Shown: positions 28,272 through 39,199 of the stretch, in pieces
How positions within the stretch are numbered: position 1 is the stretch's first letter
Layout of the letters: every line of letters starts with the position of its first letter
IMG/VR virus record: IMGVR_UViG_3300046167_000685
Span: 1-58,588 of that record
Reading direction: 5' to 3' (one strand)
From: a virus
Taxonomy: Duplodnaviria > Caudoviricetes
Length of the DNA stretch: 58,588 nt
Made by a program: the position numbers and the translations under genes
Notes under the pieces: generated by a model
Told to the model about the DNA's origin: nothing
The model's database searches: none
The model's input: the letters and a program-made list of their open reading frames with translations, nothing else

Positions 28272-30149
28272 ATGCCGCTTAGAAAGCTACAATTCAAACC
28301 CGGTGTAAACCAAGAGATCACCTCGTACTCTAACGAAGGTGGCTGGCGCGATTGTGATAAAATCCGATTTCGCTTTGGCTACCCTGAAAAGATAGGCGGG
28401 TGGGAAAAATATAGCTCTGCCACATATCTTGGTTCTGCTCGTGCGCTGCACAACTGGATCGCGCTTGACGGTTCTAACTACTTGGGCGTCGGCACTCACC
28501 TTAAATATTACATTGAAGAAGGTCAGGCGTTTTCGGACATCACCCCTATTCGCTCTACTACAGGTGCGGGGGACGCGACGTTTGCTGCGACCAACGGCAG
28601 TGCCGTCATCACTGTAACTGATAGCTCTCATGGTGCAGTCGAGAATGACTTTGTTACTTTTTCAAGCGCAGCCTCTCTAGGGGGCAACATCACCGCTGCG
28701 GTTCTTAATGTTGAGCATCAGATCACGCAAATCGTAGATGCAAACAGCTATAAAATTACGGCAAGTGCCACTGCAAGTGGATCAGATTCTGGTAACGGCG
28801 GCAGCAACACCGTTGCAGCGTATCAGATAAATGTGGGTCTTGATTCTGTCGTCGGCGGCACCGGTTGGGGTGCAGGGACGTGGGGTCGAGGCGCGTGGGG
28901 TTCTGCGGAGCCTAACGGTTTGACAACGACTACTGAAATCAGGCTTTGGTCGCATGACAACTTTGGTGAAGACCTGTTAATCAACGCCAGAGACAGTAAT
29001 ATCTTTTACTGGGACAGAACAAACAACCTCTCTACACGAGCGATTGAACTGTCCACTATTTCTGGAACAAAACGAAGTGTGCCTACGATTGCAAAACAGA
29101 TCTTGGTGTCTGATCAAGATCGTCATGTGATTGCCTTTGGTTGTGACGGGCTGAACTCAAGCAATACCGCAGCGCAAGGTAACGGCACACAAGACCCACT
29201 GTTGATTAGGTTTTCTTCTCAAGAAGACCCAATAGATTGGTATCCTACGGCCACAAACACCGCTGGTGACATACGTCTTGGTGCCGGTTCTACCTTTGTA
29301 CAGGCCGTCGAAACAAAGCGAGAGATACTTGTCTGGACAGATACCGCTCTAAATTCTATGCGATTTATTGGACCGCCGTTTACTTTTGGCCTGCAACAGC
29401 TTGCATCCAACATTACGATCATGGGTCCAAATGCAGCGGTAGCCACTGAAGACGTTGTCTTCTGGATGGGCATCGACAATTTCTATGTGTATGCCGGTCA
29501 GACGCAACAGTTGCCATGCACCGTAAAAAACAAGGTGTTCCTAGACTTTAACTTTAGTCAGACAACTAAAGTCATTGCAGGCGTCAACTCTGAGTTTTCT
29601 GAGGTATTTTGGTTCTACCCATCGGCGGCAAGCAATGATAATGACCGGTATGTTGTGTATAATTACGGTGAAAAAGTCTGGTATTTTGGCACTATGTCTA
29701 GAAGTGCTTGGCTGGACCGTGGGGTGCGGCAATACCCAATCGCTGCGGAATCATCTTATTTGTATAACCATGAGCTAGGGTATGACGACGATGGCTCAGC
29801 GATGAACTCGTTCATCGAGTCTGCCGCTCTTGATATCGAAGACGGGGACCGCTTTGTTTACATAAACAAGGTGATACCTGACCTGACATTTACAGGGTCA
29901 ACAAATTTGAGCAGTCCGCAAGCCACGTTTACTGTCAAGGCCAGAAACTTCCCCGGAGCTAGTTTTGATAACACGGCGGCATCTGCGGCTATACGAACAT
30001 CTGAATCTCCGGTAGAAAAGTTTACAGAGCAGCTATATTTGAGGGCGCGGGGCAGATCTTTTGCGATGCGTATCGAATCAGAGGCACTAGGTGCCAAGTG
30101 GAAACTGGGTAGCCCGCGTGTTGATATGCGGCCTGATGGGAGACGATAA
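28272..30149 (+). CDS. Tail nozzle / DNA stabilisation protein (P22 gp10 or tail tubular B-like)
   Basis: 625 aa; FKPGVN...KIRFRFGYPEKIGGW; IRFSSQED; precedes the ejection-protein block. Confidence 0.6.
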   Translation: MPLRKLQFKPGVNQEITSYSNEGGWRDCDKIRFRFGYPEKIGGWEKYSSATYLGSARALHNWIALDGSNYLGVGTHLKYYIEEGQAFSDITPIRSTTGAGDATFAATNGSAVITVTDSSHGAVENDFVTFSSAASLGGNITAAVLNVEHQITQIVDANSYKITASATASGSDSGNGGSNTVAAYQINVGLDSVVGGTGWGAGTWGRGAWGSAEPNGLTTTTEIRLWSHDNFGEDLLINARDSNIFYWDRTNNLSTRAIELSTISGTKRSVPTIAKQILVSDQDRHVIAFGCDGLNSSNTAAQGNGTQDPLLIRFSSQEDPIDWYPTATNTAGDIRLGAGSTFVQAVETKREILVWTDTALNSMRFIGPPFTFGLQQLASNITIMGPNAAVATEDVVFWMGIDNFYVYAGQTQQLPCTVKNKVFLDFNFSQTTKVIAGVNSEFSEVFWFYPSAASNDNDRYVVYNYGEKVWYFGTMSRSAWLDRGVRQYPIAAESSYLYNHELGYDDDGSAMNSFIESAALDIEDGDRFVYINKVIPDLTFTGSTNLSSPQATFTVKARNFPGASFDNTAASAAIRTSESPVEKFTEQLYLRARGRSFAMRIESEALGAKWKLGSPRVDMRPDGRR

Positions 30150-30379
30150 TGTCATCAAATCAGATTGCACCACCACGATTACCCGAAGCTCCTGCGGAAT
30201 ACACCCCGCAGTACATGTCGGATTTACTAAGGGCTTTAGAATTGTTTATCGCGCAAGAGAGAAATCCGGGCGAGCTTCGCGGAACACGGATCACGCTCAC
30301 TGAGTTGCCCACCAGCGCAACGGGTTTAGAGACAGGTGCACTGTTTAATGATAGTGGAACTGTGAAGATTGTTACTTAA
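30149..30379 (+). CDS. Small tail protein
   Basis: PRLPEAPAEY...LPTSATGLETGALFNDSGTVKIV. Confidence 0.6.
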   Translation: MSSNQIAPPRLPEAPAEYTPQYMSDLLRALELFIAQERNPGELRGTRITLTELPTSATGLETGALFNDSGTVKIVT

Positions 30380-30403
30380 TAAAAAGTAAGGTAAGATTCA
30401 GCC

Positions 30404-31879
30404 ATGGGACAATCTGTTCAAAAAGAGGACATGCTCAGCGTACCGTCAGGCGGTATCGCTGATTTTTACATGTCGGACGACGACATTGCTGTAATTGAAC
30501 AGGAAGAGGCGCAAAAAGCCTTTGGTTCTGAAGGGGTTGCAGCCTTTGACACCGTCGCCAAGAAGATGGCCTCTTACGGTCGTTTTGGCGATGATCGGAT
30601 TGTTCACGTAGAAAGCGGCGAGATTGTTGTGCCGCGAGCCCTGATTGAGCAAAGTCCTGAACTGAAGGATTCCATCTTCTCACACTTGCGGGAGCAAGGT
30701 GTAGAGGATCCCGAGCGGTATGTTGTGGGCTCTTCGGCTAACAGCCTGAACCCTGAGACCGGTCTTCCTGAGTTCTTTTTAGGCAAGATTGTAAAGGGCG
30801 TTAAGAAAGCCTTTAAGGGCGTGGGCAAGGTTCTAAAGAAAGTAGCCCCCGTAATTCTGCCGATTGCACTGTCGATGACGCCACTTGGCCCTATATATGG
30901 CGCTGCCGTAGGTTCTGGTATCGGCACACTGATGCAGGGCGGCAGCATTGAGGATGCGTTGAAGAGCGCGGTCATTGCAGGCGGCACAGGTGCTGTGTTT
31001 AAAGGGTTTACGGGCCCGGGAACTTTTGGAGAAAACGTCAGCGCGGGCTTCGCGAACCCCGGCGCTCGGTTCTCGCAACTGGGTCAGGGCATGACGGGCT
31101 CGGAGTCCTTCTTCCGTCCGTTTGATGCTTCTACGGTAGCGTCAGCGCCGCCAGCGGGCAGCGCAGAGGTCGTTCAAACAACCATGAATCCTTTAGATAG
31201 TCCTCAAGATTTTGCAATGACTCCTCAAACAGGGCCCAATGTTCCAGCGGGTTCTACGACCACCGACCCGTCGTTCCTTGACCGCACTGGCGATTACATG
31301 TTCCGCGGTGGGCAAAGCAAGGCTGATTTGTTGATAAAAGGGGAACAGGCGGGCGCAGAGTACCTTGCTAAAATGAAAGATCTCGGAATACCTGCAACTG
31401 AGGCGGGGTATAACGCTGCGGTAGCCACGGCACAACCCGGGATGCTAACGAAATTTGGCCCTAGCGTAGCTCTCGCAGGTCTTGGCGCATCAGCCGCGGG
31501 CTTCTTTGACACCCCCGAGGAGGACGAGCCTGAGTTCTTGACTGGCGCGGACTTGCTAGAACAAGATCCAGACAAGTACAAGCTGCCTGACGAAGAAATT
31601 CAGTACGTAGCGCCGTATGACCCGTTTGTTCCGCAGCGCCCCGTATTCACCGCCGCTGATGGCGGTGTAGCCGAAATTTTCCCACGCCGCACGGGCGGTA
31701 TCATGCCTGACGAGGGCATTGCTGGCGAGGACAGTGTAAGGGCGATGCTGATGCCGGGCGAGTTTGTGATGACAACAGACGCTGTCAAGGGCCTTGGCAA
31801 CGGTAATAATGATCAAGGTATCCGCAAGATGTATGATATGATGCGGGGCCTTGAGGCTAAAGGAAGGGCTATGGCGTAA
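30404..31879 (+). CDS. Internal virion / ejection protein
   Basis: GRFGDDRIVHV...NPETGLPEF; Gly/Ala-rich hydrophobic segments; DSVRAMLMPGEFVM. Confidence 0.6.
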   Translation: MGQSVQKEDMLSVPSGGIADFYMSDDDIAVIEQEEAQKAFGSEGVAAFDTVAKKMASYGRFGDDRIVHVESGEIVVPRALIEQSPELKDSIFSHLREQGVEDPERYVVGSSANSLNPETGLPEFFLGKIVKGVKKAFKGVGKVLKKVAPVILPIALSMTPLGPIYGAAVGSGIGTLMQGGSIEDALKSAVIAGGTGAVFKGFTGPGTFGENVSAGFANPGARFSQLGQGMTGSESFFRPFDASTVASAPPAGSAEVVQTTMNPLDSPQDFAMTPQTGPNVPAGSTTTDPSFLDRTGDYMFRGGQSKADLLIKGEQAGAEYLAKMKDLGIPATEAGYNAAVATAQPGMLTKFGPSVALAGLGASAAGFFDTPEEDEPEFLTGADLLEQDPDKYKLPDEEIQYVAPYDPFVPQRPVFTAADGGVAEIFPRRTGGIMPDEGIAGEDSVRAMLMPGEFVMTTDAVKGLGNGNNDQGIRKMYDMMRGLEAKGRAMA

Positions 31880-32796
31880 TGGCTACCGAAACCAGTGTAC
31901 AGATAGTCCGAGAAGCTCCTGAAATTGAAGCCTATAAATTAGGTCTTTTAGAACAGGCTAAAAAGCTCGCTGAAAAGGGAATAACCCTGCCAAAGTATCA
32001 AGTTGCAGGTTTTGGCGAACTTCAAGACGACGCTTTTGATCTCGCAAAGGCGGGAATCGGTGGGTATCAGCCGTTTTTAGATGCTGGTCAAAGCGCCATA
32101 ACTGGCGGCCTTGGGCGCGTTACAGGTGCGGAACCCATGCTTCAGGGCGCGGCCCGCCGGGTAACTGGAGACGAAGTCTCTCAGTATATGAATCCGTTCC
32201 AAGACGCGATTCAAGCTGAAATCAACCGCGCTTTTGACAAAAGCCAAGCGGAACAAGGATTACAGGCCGTTCAGCAGGGCGGAGGGGCCGCGGCCTTCGG
32301 ATCTCGCGGCGATTTGCTTCGCGCAGAAACTGAGCGGGGCCGAGCAGATGCCTTGGCTCGCGCTGCTGCCGACAACTATATGAACGCAACGGGATTGGCA
32401 GAACGGCAGTTGGAGCGCGAGCGCGGTATTGCCGATCAGATGGGTATTATGGGCCTTCGTCAGGCGCAGTTGGGTCAAAACCTCGCTGGTCTTGGCCAAC
32501 TGGGTAATGCTTTGGGCCGGGAAGAGGCTGGGTTCTTGTTTGATCTCGGTGAGCGGGACCGTGCACAACGACAGTCGGGTATTGATGCCGTGCGTCAAAC
32601 ACAGCTACAACAGGCTTATGAGCCATATCAGCGGTATGGATTCTTGTCAGATATTTTCAAGGGCGCTCCGTCTTCGCAACAGACGCTACTGCAAGCAGCA
32701 TCACCGGCTGTTTCGCCCTTTCAACAGTTCGCCGGTCTAGGCATTGCGGGCTTGTCCGCAGCAGCGGGTGCACAAAAAGCGGGGCTTTTCGGATGA
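31879..32796 (+). CDS. DNA transfer/ejection protein
   Basis: Q/G/A-rich; YMNPF, AFGSRG motifs; hydrophobic C-terminus. Confidence 0.6.
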   Translation: MATETSVQIVREAPEIEAYKLGLLEQAKKLAEKGITLPKYQVAGFGELQDDAFDLAKAGIGGYQPFLDAGQSAITGGLGRVTGAEPMLQGAARRVTGDEVSQYMNPFQDAIQAEINRAFDKSQAEQGLQAVQQGGGAAAFGSRGDLLRAETERGRADALARAAADNYMNATGLAERQLERERGIADQMGIMGLRQAQLGQNLAGLGQLGNALGREEAGFLFDLGERDRAQRQSGIDAVRQTQLQQAYEPYQRYGFLSDIFKGAPSSQQTLLQAASPAVSPFQQFAGLGIAGLSAAAGAQKAGLFG

Positions 32797-35279
32797 TGAA
32801 CAGAAGCGTAATGCAAAGACAGATGTTCGCTAAAGGCGGAGCGGCGTTTCCGGACATGAACAACGACGGCGACATTACTCAGGCCGACATCCTGATGGGT
32901 CGTGGTGTAGAGTTTAAGCAAGAGGGCGGAATTGCAGGTATGATGCAGCCGCCTGCCGCAGAGCAGCTTGACCCGCAGGCTGTTGAGCAGATGATGATGA
33001 CGGCTAGTCAGAGCACCGGGGACCTCGAGGGGGCTCAGGACTTTGAGCAGATGATGAACATGGTCCGCGGCGATGACGCTTCAATGGGCGAGCGCCGTGA
33101 AGAACTTGCGGGAGTAGTTGGCCCAGAGGACGCCATGCAGACGCCTGAGTCGGTTCTGGCACTCGTGCAGCCGGTTATGCAGATAGCTTCTGTAGATCAG
33201 GGTATTGGTGAATTGGCGCAGCAGGAAATGCAGCAGCCGATGGAAGGCCCAATGGCTGGCGGCATCATGTCTACCATGGCACCTCCACCGCCGCCCGCGG
33301 CACCTCCGACGGCACCTCCTATGATGGGAGGACCCCCTCCCGCAAATTTTAAGGATGGCGGGCTGGTCCGCCGCGGAGACAACCAGCCGGTTCAAATGTA
33401 CGCCCCCGGCGGCGAAGTTGAAGAACCCAGCGCGTTGCAGAGCGTTTATGAGAAGCGCCTGCCGACATATATGCAGATTCTTGGCGATCCCAGCGCACAA
33501 CTTGCCGACCAAAAGCGTCTGACACAGGCGCAAATGTTGTTTGACCTTGCCAATACCGGTCTGGCTTTCGCTGCTCCGATGCAGGGCGAACGCCCGGGGC
33601 TGTCCGCGGCGGAGCGTCTGGCTATGGCCGCACAACAAAGCCAGCTATTTGACAAGATCGGAGCCCGTGCTCAGGCCCAGCAGGACCGCGTTGCTGCGGC
33701 AGAGCAGGCCAAGCAGGGTATTCGGTCCGCGGCCCTGACATCTTCTGAAGCTGAGCTGACCGCAGAGCGCAAGGCAGAAGCTGCTGCTGCACTACAAAGC
33801 CAAAAGGATGCTGCCGCGCTTGCACAGATAGACCGCAAAGACGCGCTTTCCAGTGCTTCGGCACAGGCGCTTGAACTGCTCAAGCAGGCGGGTAGGATTC
33901 AGATTAAAGATATCGAGGGCGCTCAGTCGATGACGCTTGAAGAGCTTAGGCAGGCAGGCGCTATCTCTCTTGAGGATGCTAGACAGGTCAATCGTGTGTC
34001 TCTGGAAGGGGTTCTTCAGCAGAACCGCGAAGCGATTGAAACATTGCGTCAGTCTGGAACTCAGGCAAACACCATTCTTGCTGACAAGCTGGAGAAGGAA
34101 AACATCCTCCTGCGCGGCGATATCGATCTTGCCAAGATGGGTGTGGCAAATACCTATGAGCTTGAGAAGATGGAAATCGGTCAGGGCTATGCCACCGAGC
34201 TTCAAAACTCGCGGCTCGCGGTTCAACAGAATATTGCGGATAACGAGCTTGAACTTAAAACACTAAACTCTGCCCTTAATCAGGCACGTGCCGACAAGCA
34301 GATTGCTCTTGATCAGGAGAAGTTTGCTCTGGCTCAGCAAACCGAAGCGCGTATTAAAAGCATGGAGGAGCAGAAGCTTGCTCTTGAGACCCGCAAGGTG
34401 GATCTGGACGAACTTACCCAGCGCCTCGAGGTCTTTGGCTCTAGCGGCAAGAATAAGGCGCAGTCCATTCTGGCTAACCAAGCCCTCATGGACAAGTATG
34501 CCAACGGCGAGCTTGACGCAACACAAACCACCATGGTTAACAACGCCATCGACATGTTGTCTACTCGTGAGACGATTGTGGACAGCGAGGGCAACACCAG
34601 AAAGACCGGCGGCGCGATCCCGGAGAATGCTCGTAGAGCGGTTATCGCCCGTAATCAGCTCCTTACGGGCGAAGAAGGTGCTCCAGATCTGGCTATGCCT
34701 CGTGATACCTCACGCATTACAGCAGGCCCGGCAGACTTTGGTGAAGCCGTCTCTCTGATCATGGAAGGTGTTCCTGACGTTACGAAGGCGTTTGGTTCGG
34801 ATGCTTTTGGCAGAAATGTTATAAATGTGGTGGTAGAAGCAGCGTCCTTTGGGATGTTTGATGCTCCGTTTGCAGATACGGACAAGGCTATCAGCTCGGT
34901 AAACCAGCTTAATCTTGATACACTGACACACTTCCAGCAGATCAAGGAGCTGCGGGACAGCGTGGCTTTGATGAACAAGCTGGAGAAGCAGACAGCTAAC
35001 CCGGGTGAGTTCCTGACCGGCGACACCAAAGCTAAAAACAAGACTAACACGATACTCAACACCATCGACGAGCTGATTTCGGTTATCGACTTGAAGATCG
35101 GCAACATGTCTGACGTTGAGGAGGTCAATGCCGCGAAGCTGAACAAGCAGAAGGCGCTTCAACTCCGTGCTGGCTTTGAGGTCATCGACCGAGCATACTC
35201 GACCATGTACCCGGGCGGCGACACGATGACTCCTAATCGTCAGCAAGCGGGTGCGGACATCTTGTTTGGAGCTAACTAA
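32793..35279 (+). CDS. Large coiled-coil internal virion protein
   Basis: 828 aa; multiple GG motifs and an EF-hand-like DMNNDGDIT at the N-terminus. Confidence 0.6.
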   Translation: MMNRSVMQRQMFAKGGAAFPDMNNDGDITQADILMGRGVEFKQEGGIAGMMQPPAAEQLDPQAVEQMMMTASQSTGDLEGAQDFEQMMNMVRGDDASMGERREELAGVVGPEDAMQTPESVLALVQPVMQIASVDQGIGELAQQEMQQPMEGPMAGGIMSTMAPPPPPAAPPTAPPMMGGPPPANFKDGGLVRRGDNQPVQMYAPGGEVEEPSALQSVYEKRLPTYMQILGDPSAQLADQKRLTQAQMLFDLANTGLAFAAPMQGERPGLSAAERLAMAAQQSQLFDKIGARAQAQQDRVAAAEQAKQGIRSAALTSSEAELTAERKAEAAAALQSQKDAAALAQIDRKDALSSASAQALELLKQAGRIQIKDIEGAQSMTLEELRQAGAISLEDARQVNRVSLEGVLQQNREAIETLRQSGTQANTILADKLEKENILLRGDIDLAKMGVANTYELEKMEIGQGYATELQNSRLAVQQNIADNELELKTLNSALNQARADKQIALDQEKFALAQQTEARIKSMEEQKLALETRKVDLDELTQRLEVFGSSGKNKAQSILANQALMDKYANGELDATQTTMVNNAIDMLSTRETIVDSEGNTRKTGGAIPENARRAVIARNQLLTGEEGAPDLAMPRDTSRITAGPADFGEAVSLIMEGVPDVTKAFGSDAFGRNVINVVVEAASFGMFDAPFADTDKAISSVNQLNLDTLTHFQQIKELRDSVALMNKLEKQTANPGEFLTGDTKAKNKTNTILNTIDELISVIDLKIGNMSDVEEVNAAKLNKQKALQLRAGFEVIDRAYSTMYPGGDTMTPNRQQAGADILFGAN

Positions 35280-38200
35280 TGGGCGTAGTATCGGGCGAAC
35301 CAGTACGGCTTTCCAAGCCTCAGATCGACAAGTTCTATGAGACCTTTTCGGACACCAAAATCCTTGGTTCTGACGGCGAGACTGTAATTGGTGACGGCGC
35401 GGACTCTGCGCTGGCACAGCAGCTTGTAGGCCGTTTCGCTAGTGAAAACCCAGAGCTGTTTCCCGGTGGTTACATCGGTTTTCGAGAATCACAGATATCT
35501 GGCGATTTTGAAAACCACCCGTTGTACAAGGCGCTCAGCGCGTCCGACCTGTACAAGGGCAAGCCGGTCTCAGATGTAGATATCATCAATCTGTTCGCTC
35601 GCGACGAAGAGGGCAACCCGTTTCAAGAGGGAACTTTCTTTGGTGGCATGAAACGAGAGCTGTTTCCGTCAGTATTCTCACTAGCAGGCGCTACTGCTGG
35701 AGCCAAGGCAGGCTCGGCGCTCACCGCGGCGGTTCCTCCGGTAACCATGCCAACTGCTGCCATTAAATTTGGAGTTCCGGTTTTCGGCGCAATCAGCGGC
35801 GGTCTTTTCGGCTATAACCTCGGTGAAAAGACCGCGGATCTTGCCTTCGGGGCAGAGATGCCGGTCAGCCCGGGTAGCCGAGTTACTTACGAAATGGGCA
35901 AAACTGCTATGTCCGGCACCGGCTGGGCTTCGATGCCCTATCTCTTGGGGCCCAAGATAAGTCTCGGTGGAGCAGAGTATCTTGCTAATTATGCCAGAGC
36001 ACAGGCCACCAACCCTTTGAAAACCGGTCAAGCAATCATTGTCAGCGGTAAAACCGGTGCGGCAGAAGTTGGTAAGCTGAAGGGCCTTGGGGACTTTGGC
36101 ACAGAGTTTCGGTTTGACCCAAGAGCTGGGGGCACCTTTTTTACTCCTACTTTCCGAGGTTCTCGTGCGGTCAAAGACCCCGGGCCAAGGTCCGCGAGAG
36201 CTGTAAAATTCCTTGAGGACATGCTTGGCGAAACAGGGGCCGCGGCTCGCCGCTCTCCTTTGACCGTAGGCTTGGGCGAGCTTGGGTTTACGGGCGGAGC
36301 CACGCTTGGAGCTGGTGCCGCTGAAAGCACCGCGCCCGGCGAAGCGTTGCCAAGACTAGCCTATGAGATGCTCTTTGGGATGCCCGGCGGATACGCGGGC
36401 GTTCTCGGTGAGAAGGGATCTCAGCTCTACACTGCGGCACGTGAGGGTATGCAGCAGCAGGGCGGCATCAAAGGTGTTCTCAAAGCTTTTCAGGCGGCAC
36501 GTCGCAGTGAGGGTGTGGATCGCATCGTTGCTATTCTTGAGTCTCAAGGCTACGAGCCTAGTGATATTGACGCGATTGCCAAGGCACTTTCTGATGAGAG
36601 CATTTCTGCACAGCTAATTGATGAAGCCACCGGTAAGCCGATTGAAATGACCGCAGGTCTCAAAAGTGGCGATCCGGTTATGATGATGATTGAGGCTGCG
36701 ATTGCCCAAAACAGCACCGCCCTTGGTCAGCAGCGGGACACGGCAACAGAGCAGGCAGGCAGCTTGATTCGTAACCAGATCAACGCGCTTATTCTTGCCT
36801 CAAAGGGTGAGGCCGGGGTTAACGAGCAGGCCCTGCAACAGGTGTCTCAAATCACTTACAACACCTTCACCTCGGGTATGACGGCTCGCCTCGGCAGAGC
36901 TACAGACGAGGTGCTACGAGCATACGATCAAGTTGTTAGCAGAGTTGATGCCGACGGTAATCCCATAGATTTTGACCAGACTCAACTTGGGGAACGCTTG
37001 TTTAACGTAGTTGAAAGCCAAATTGCATTCGCTCGTCGGCAGGAAAAAGCCCTTTGGCAAGATGTTCCTGATATTGACATCACCACCTTCCGTAATGCTG
37101 ACGGCGATGAAATAGACACCCCTAACTTCCTGACTGCTTGGGACACCTCTATGCCCAAGACACAAGAGGCCGCGGAAGATGTTGAAAGTATGCTTCGGCC
37201 CTTAGCTAAATTTGTAGACCGAAAGCGGACTGAATTAGGGTTTACCGCTCCTCGCCCTTCTGGCCCAACTAAAGTTGACAAAGCTTTAGAAAAAATCACC
37301 GGGACTAGCTTTGAGAACAGCTACACTAAGCTGCTGACAGACATCGGTGAGCTGTCCACAGAGGATCAGGTAAAGAGGCTTCGTGAGGTAGCTAGCCAAA
37401 ATCGTGGCCGGTTTGGAAACAAGCGTACTCGAGATTACGCTGCGCTTCTTGACGCAAAAGCAGAGGATTTGGCAACCCCGCCGCCACCTCCGGGCGCAAC
37501 TCCTAGTGCGCCGCTGACCCTAACTGAAGTTCAGGACATGCGGCAGAAAGCTTTGTCTCTTGCGAAAAGCCTCACTGCAAGTGGCAATCTAAACGAAGCA
37601 CGAATTGCATATGGATTTGCTGATGGGCTTTTGAACGACCTCAACGGGCTCGACGACTATGCCGACGCTTCATACCAAGCCGCAAGGGCTTACTCCCGGG
37701 CTCTAAATGATACGTTCACTCGCACCTTTGCCGCAGACGTTCTTGGAACCGCTAAATCCGGAGCTCCGCGTATTGCCCCAGAACTGTTGGCCGAGCGCGT
37801 CTTAAGGGGTAGTCAAGATGCCGTTCTCCTGCGGGTAGACCAGCTTTTATCAATACCAGATTTCCAACGTCGGTTTGAAGTTCCCGGGGCGGGGGAAACC
37901 CCCGAGCAAGGGGCAGAAACAGTGCGAACAATTACCGGCGTAGTTGACAGTATGCTTCGTAACGTCCGGGCAGATGCCTACCGCATTGTTACCGACTCAG
38001 ATGGGCGTGAGGTAAAGCGTATTAATCCAGATGCTCTTAAAACATACCTGTCTAAAAATGAAAGACTTTTTGGAGAAGACTACTTTGCATCTCTTGGCCG
38101 CGACCTTCAGGACTCTGCCAAGGCCGAGGTCCTTCTGGATGAAACCAGTGCTTTAAACAAGCGCATCCAAGCAAAGCTCAAGGATCAAGGTATCTTCCAA

Positions 38201-39199
38201 AACTTGCTGCCGGAGTCGTCTGAAAGCCCGATACACGCGGTCCACGAAGCTATTCGCGGAAACCGCGGAAAGCAAGCGTTCAAACGCTTAAACACACTCG
38301 TGGGCCTGACTAACAACAAGAACCTGTCTGCCTCTCAAAGAGACGCCGCCAAGCGGGGCCTGCAATCTGTGATGTTGGAGTGGGCAAAGACCGGATCGGG
38401 CCTGACCGGGGGCAGCTTTGATGCTCGCACCATGTACAAGAACCTGTTTGAGCCGATGGTAAAAGGCTCTGACCAGACCCTGATGGGCTACATGGAGTTC
38501 AGGGGCCTGATAGACGAAGCTCAAGTGAAACGCACAAAGACGCTTCTGACCGATCTGGCTCGCATCGAAACCGCCTCAGTCAATGGCAACCTCGTAGACA
38601 TTGCCAAAGAGCTGGGCCCGATGGTTGACTTTTACGTTTCTATCGCCGGTTCTGCCGCCGGTACACGAGCCTACAATCTGCTAGTGGGCGGCTCGGGCCC
38701 GGGCGCGATTACCGCTGCTGGACGCGGTCAGCAGTTCCTGCGCGATGTCTTCTCCAAGGTTCCAGAAAGCATGAAGATGGATGTTATGGGCGAGCTCATG
38801 GCTAACCCACGCCTGCTTGGAGACTTGCTGTCCAAGCCCAAGACAGAGCGCGAGAAGCTTGCCACCTTGGCTAGTATCAAATCTCAGTTTATCGAGCTCG
38901 GCTTCATTCGCCCCGTCCGCCGCGAAGCTGGCTCTGTCATTCGCGAGACCGACGAGGAGGTCGAACAGCAGACCTTCACAGTGCCGGAGCAGCCGCCTGT
39001 GCCCGTTACACAGGCACCTCCTGCCGTCGCTCCCGCTCCACAGGTGCCGACACAGGCTTCAGTCGTTCCCACCATGAATCTTGTGTCGGCTTCGCCGTCC
39101 GCCGCCCCACCACAAGGGACCACCGTCAACCGCTCGCGGTTCGCGGCCCTGTTCCCTGAAGATCGTGCGCTTATCGAAGGCATAGGGAGTCTTGGCTAA
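35279..39199 (+). CDS. Large internal virion (ejectosome) protein
   Basis: 1306 aa helical protein at the end of the structural block. Confidence 0.6.
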   Translation: MGVVSGEPVRLSKPQIDKFYETFSDTKILGSDGETVIGDGADSALAQQLVGRFASENPELFPGGYIGFRESQISGDFENHPLYKALSASDLYKGKPVSDVDIINLFARDEEGNPFQEGTFFGGMKRELFPSVFSLAGATAGAKAGSALTAAVPPVTMPTAAIKFGVPVFGAISGGLFGYNLGEKTADLAFGAEMPVSPGSRVTYEMGKTAMSGTGWASMPYLLGPKISLGGAEYLANYARAQATNPLKTGQAIIVSGKTGAAEVGKLKGLGDFGTEFRFDPRAGGTFFTPTFRGSRAVKDPGPRSARAVKFLEDMLGETGAAARRSPLTVGLGELGFTGGATLGAGAAESTAPGEALPRLAYEMLFGMPGGYAGVLGEKGSQLYTAAREGMQQQGGIKGVLKAFQAARRSEGVDRIVAILESQGYEPSDIDAIAKALSDESISAQLIDEATGKPIEMTAGLKSGDPVMMMIEAAIAQNSTALGQQRDTATEQAGSLIRNQINALILASKGEAGVNEQALQQVSQITYNTFTSGMTARLGRATDEVLRAYDQVVSRVDADGNPIDFDQTQLGERLFNVVESQIAFARRQEKALWQDVPDIDITTFRNADGDEIDTPNFLTAWDTSMPKTQEAAEDVESMLRPLAKFVDRKRTELGFTAPRPSGPTKVDKALEKITGTSFENSYTKLLTDIGELSTEDQVKRLREVASQNRGRFGNKRTRDYAALLDAKAEDLATPPPPPGATPSAPLTLTEVQDMRQKALSLAKSLTASGNLNEARIAYGFADGLLNDLNGLDDYADASYQAARAYSRALNDTFTRTFAADVLGTAKSGAPRIAPELLAERVLRGSQDAVLLRVDQLLSIPDFQRRFEVPGAGETPEQGAETVRTITGVVDSMLRNVRADAYRIVTDSDGREVKRINPDALKTYLSKNERLFGEDYFASLGRDLQDSAKAEVLLDETSALNKRIQAKLKDQGIFQNLLPESSESPIHAVHEAIRGNRGKQAFKRLNTLVGLTNNKNLSASQRDAAKRGLQSVMLEWAKTGSGLTGGSFDARTMYKNLFEPMVKGSDQTLMGYMEFRGLIDEAQVKRTKTLLTDLARIETASVNGNLVDIAKELGPMVDFYVSIAGSAAGTRAYNLLVGGSGPGAITAAGRGQQFLRDVFSKVPESMKMDVMGELMANPRLLGDLLSKPKTEREKLATLASIKSQFIELGFIRPVRREAGSVIRETDEEVEQQTFTVPEQPPVPVTQAPPAVAPAPQVPTQASVVPTMNLVSASPSAAPPQGTTVNRSRFAALFPEDRALIEGIGSLG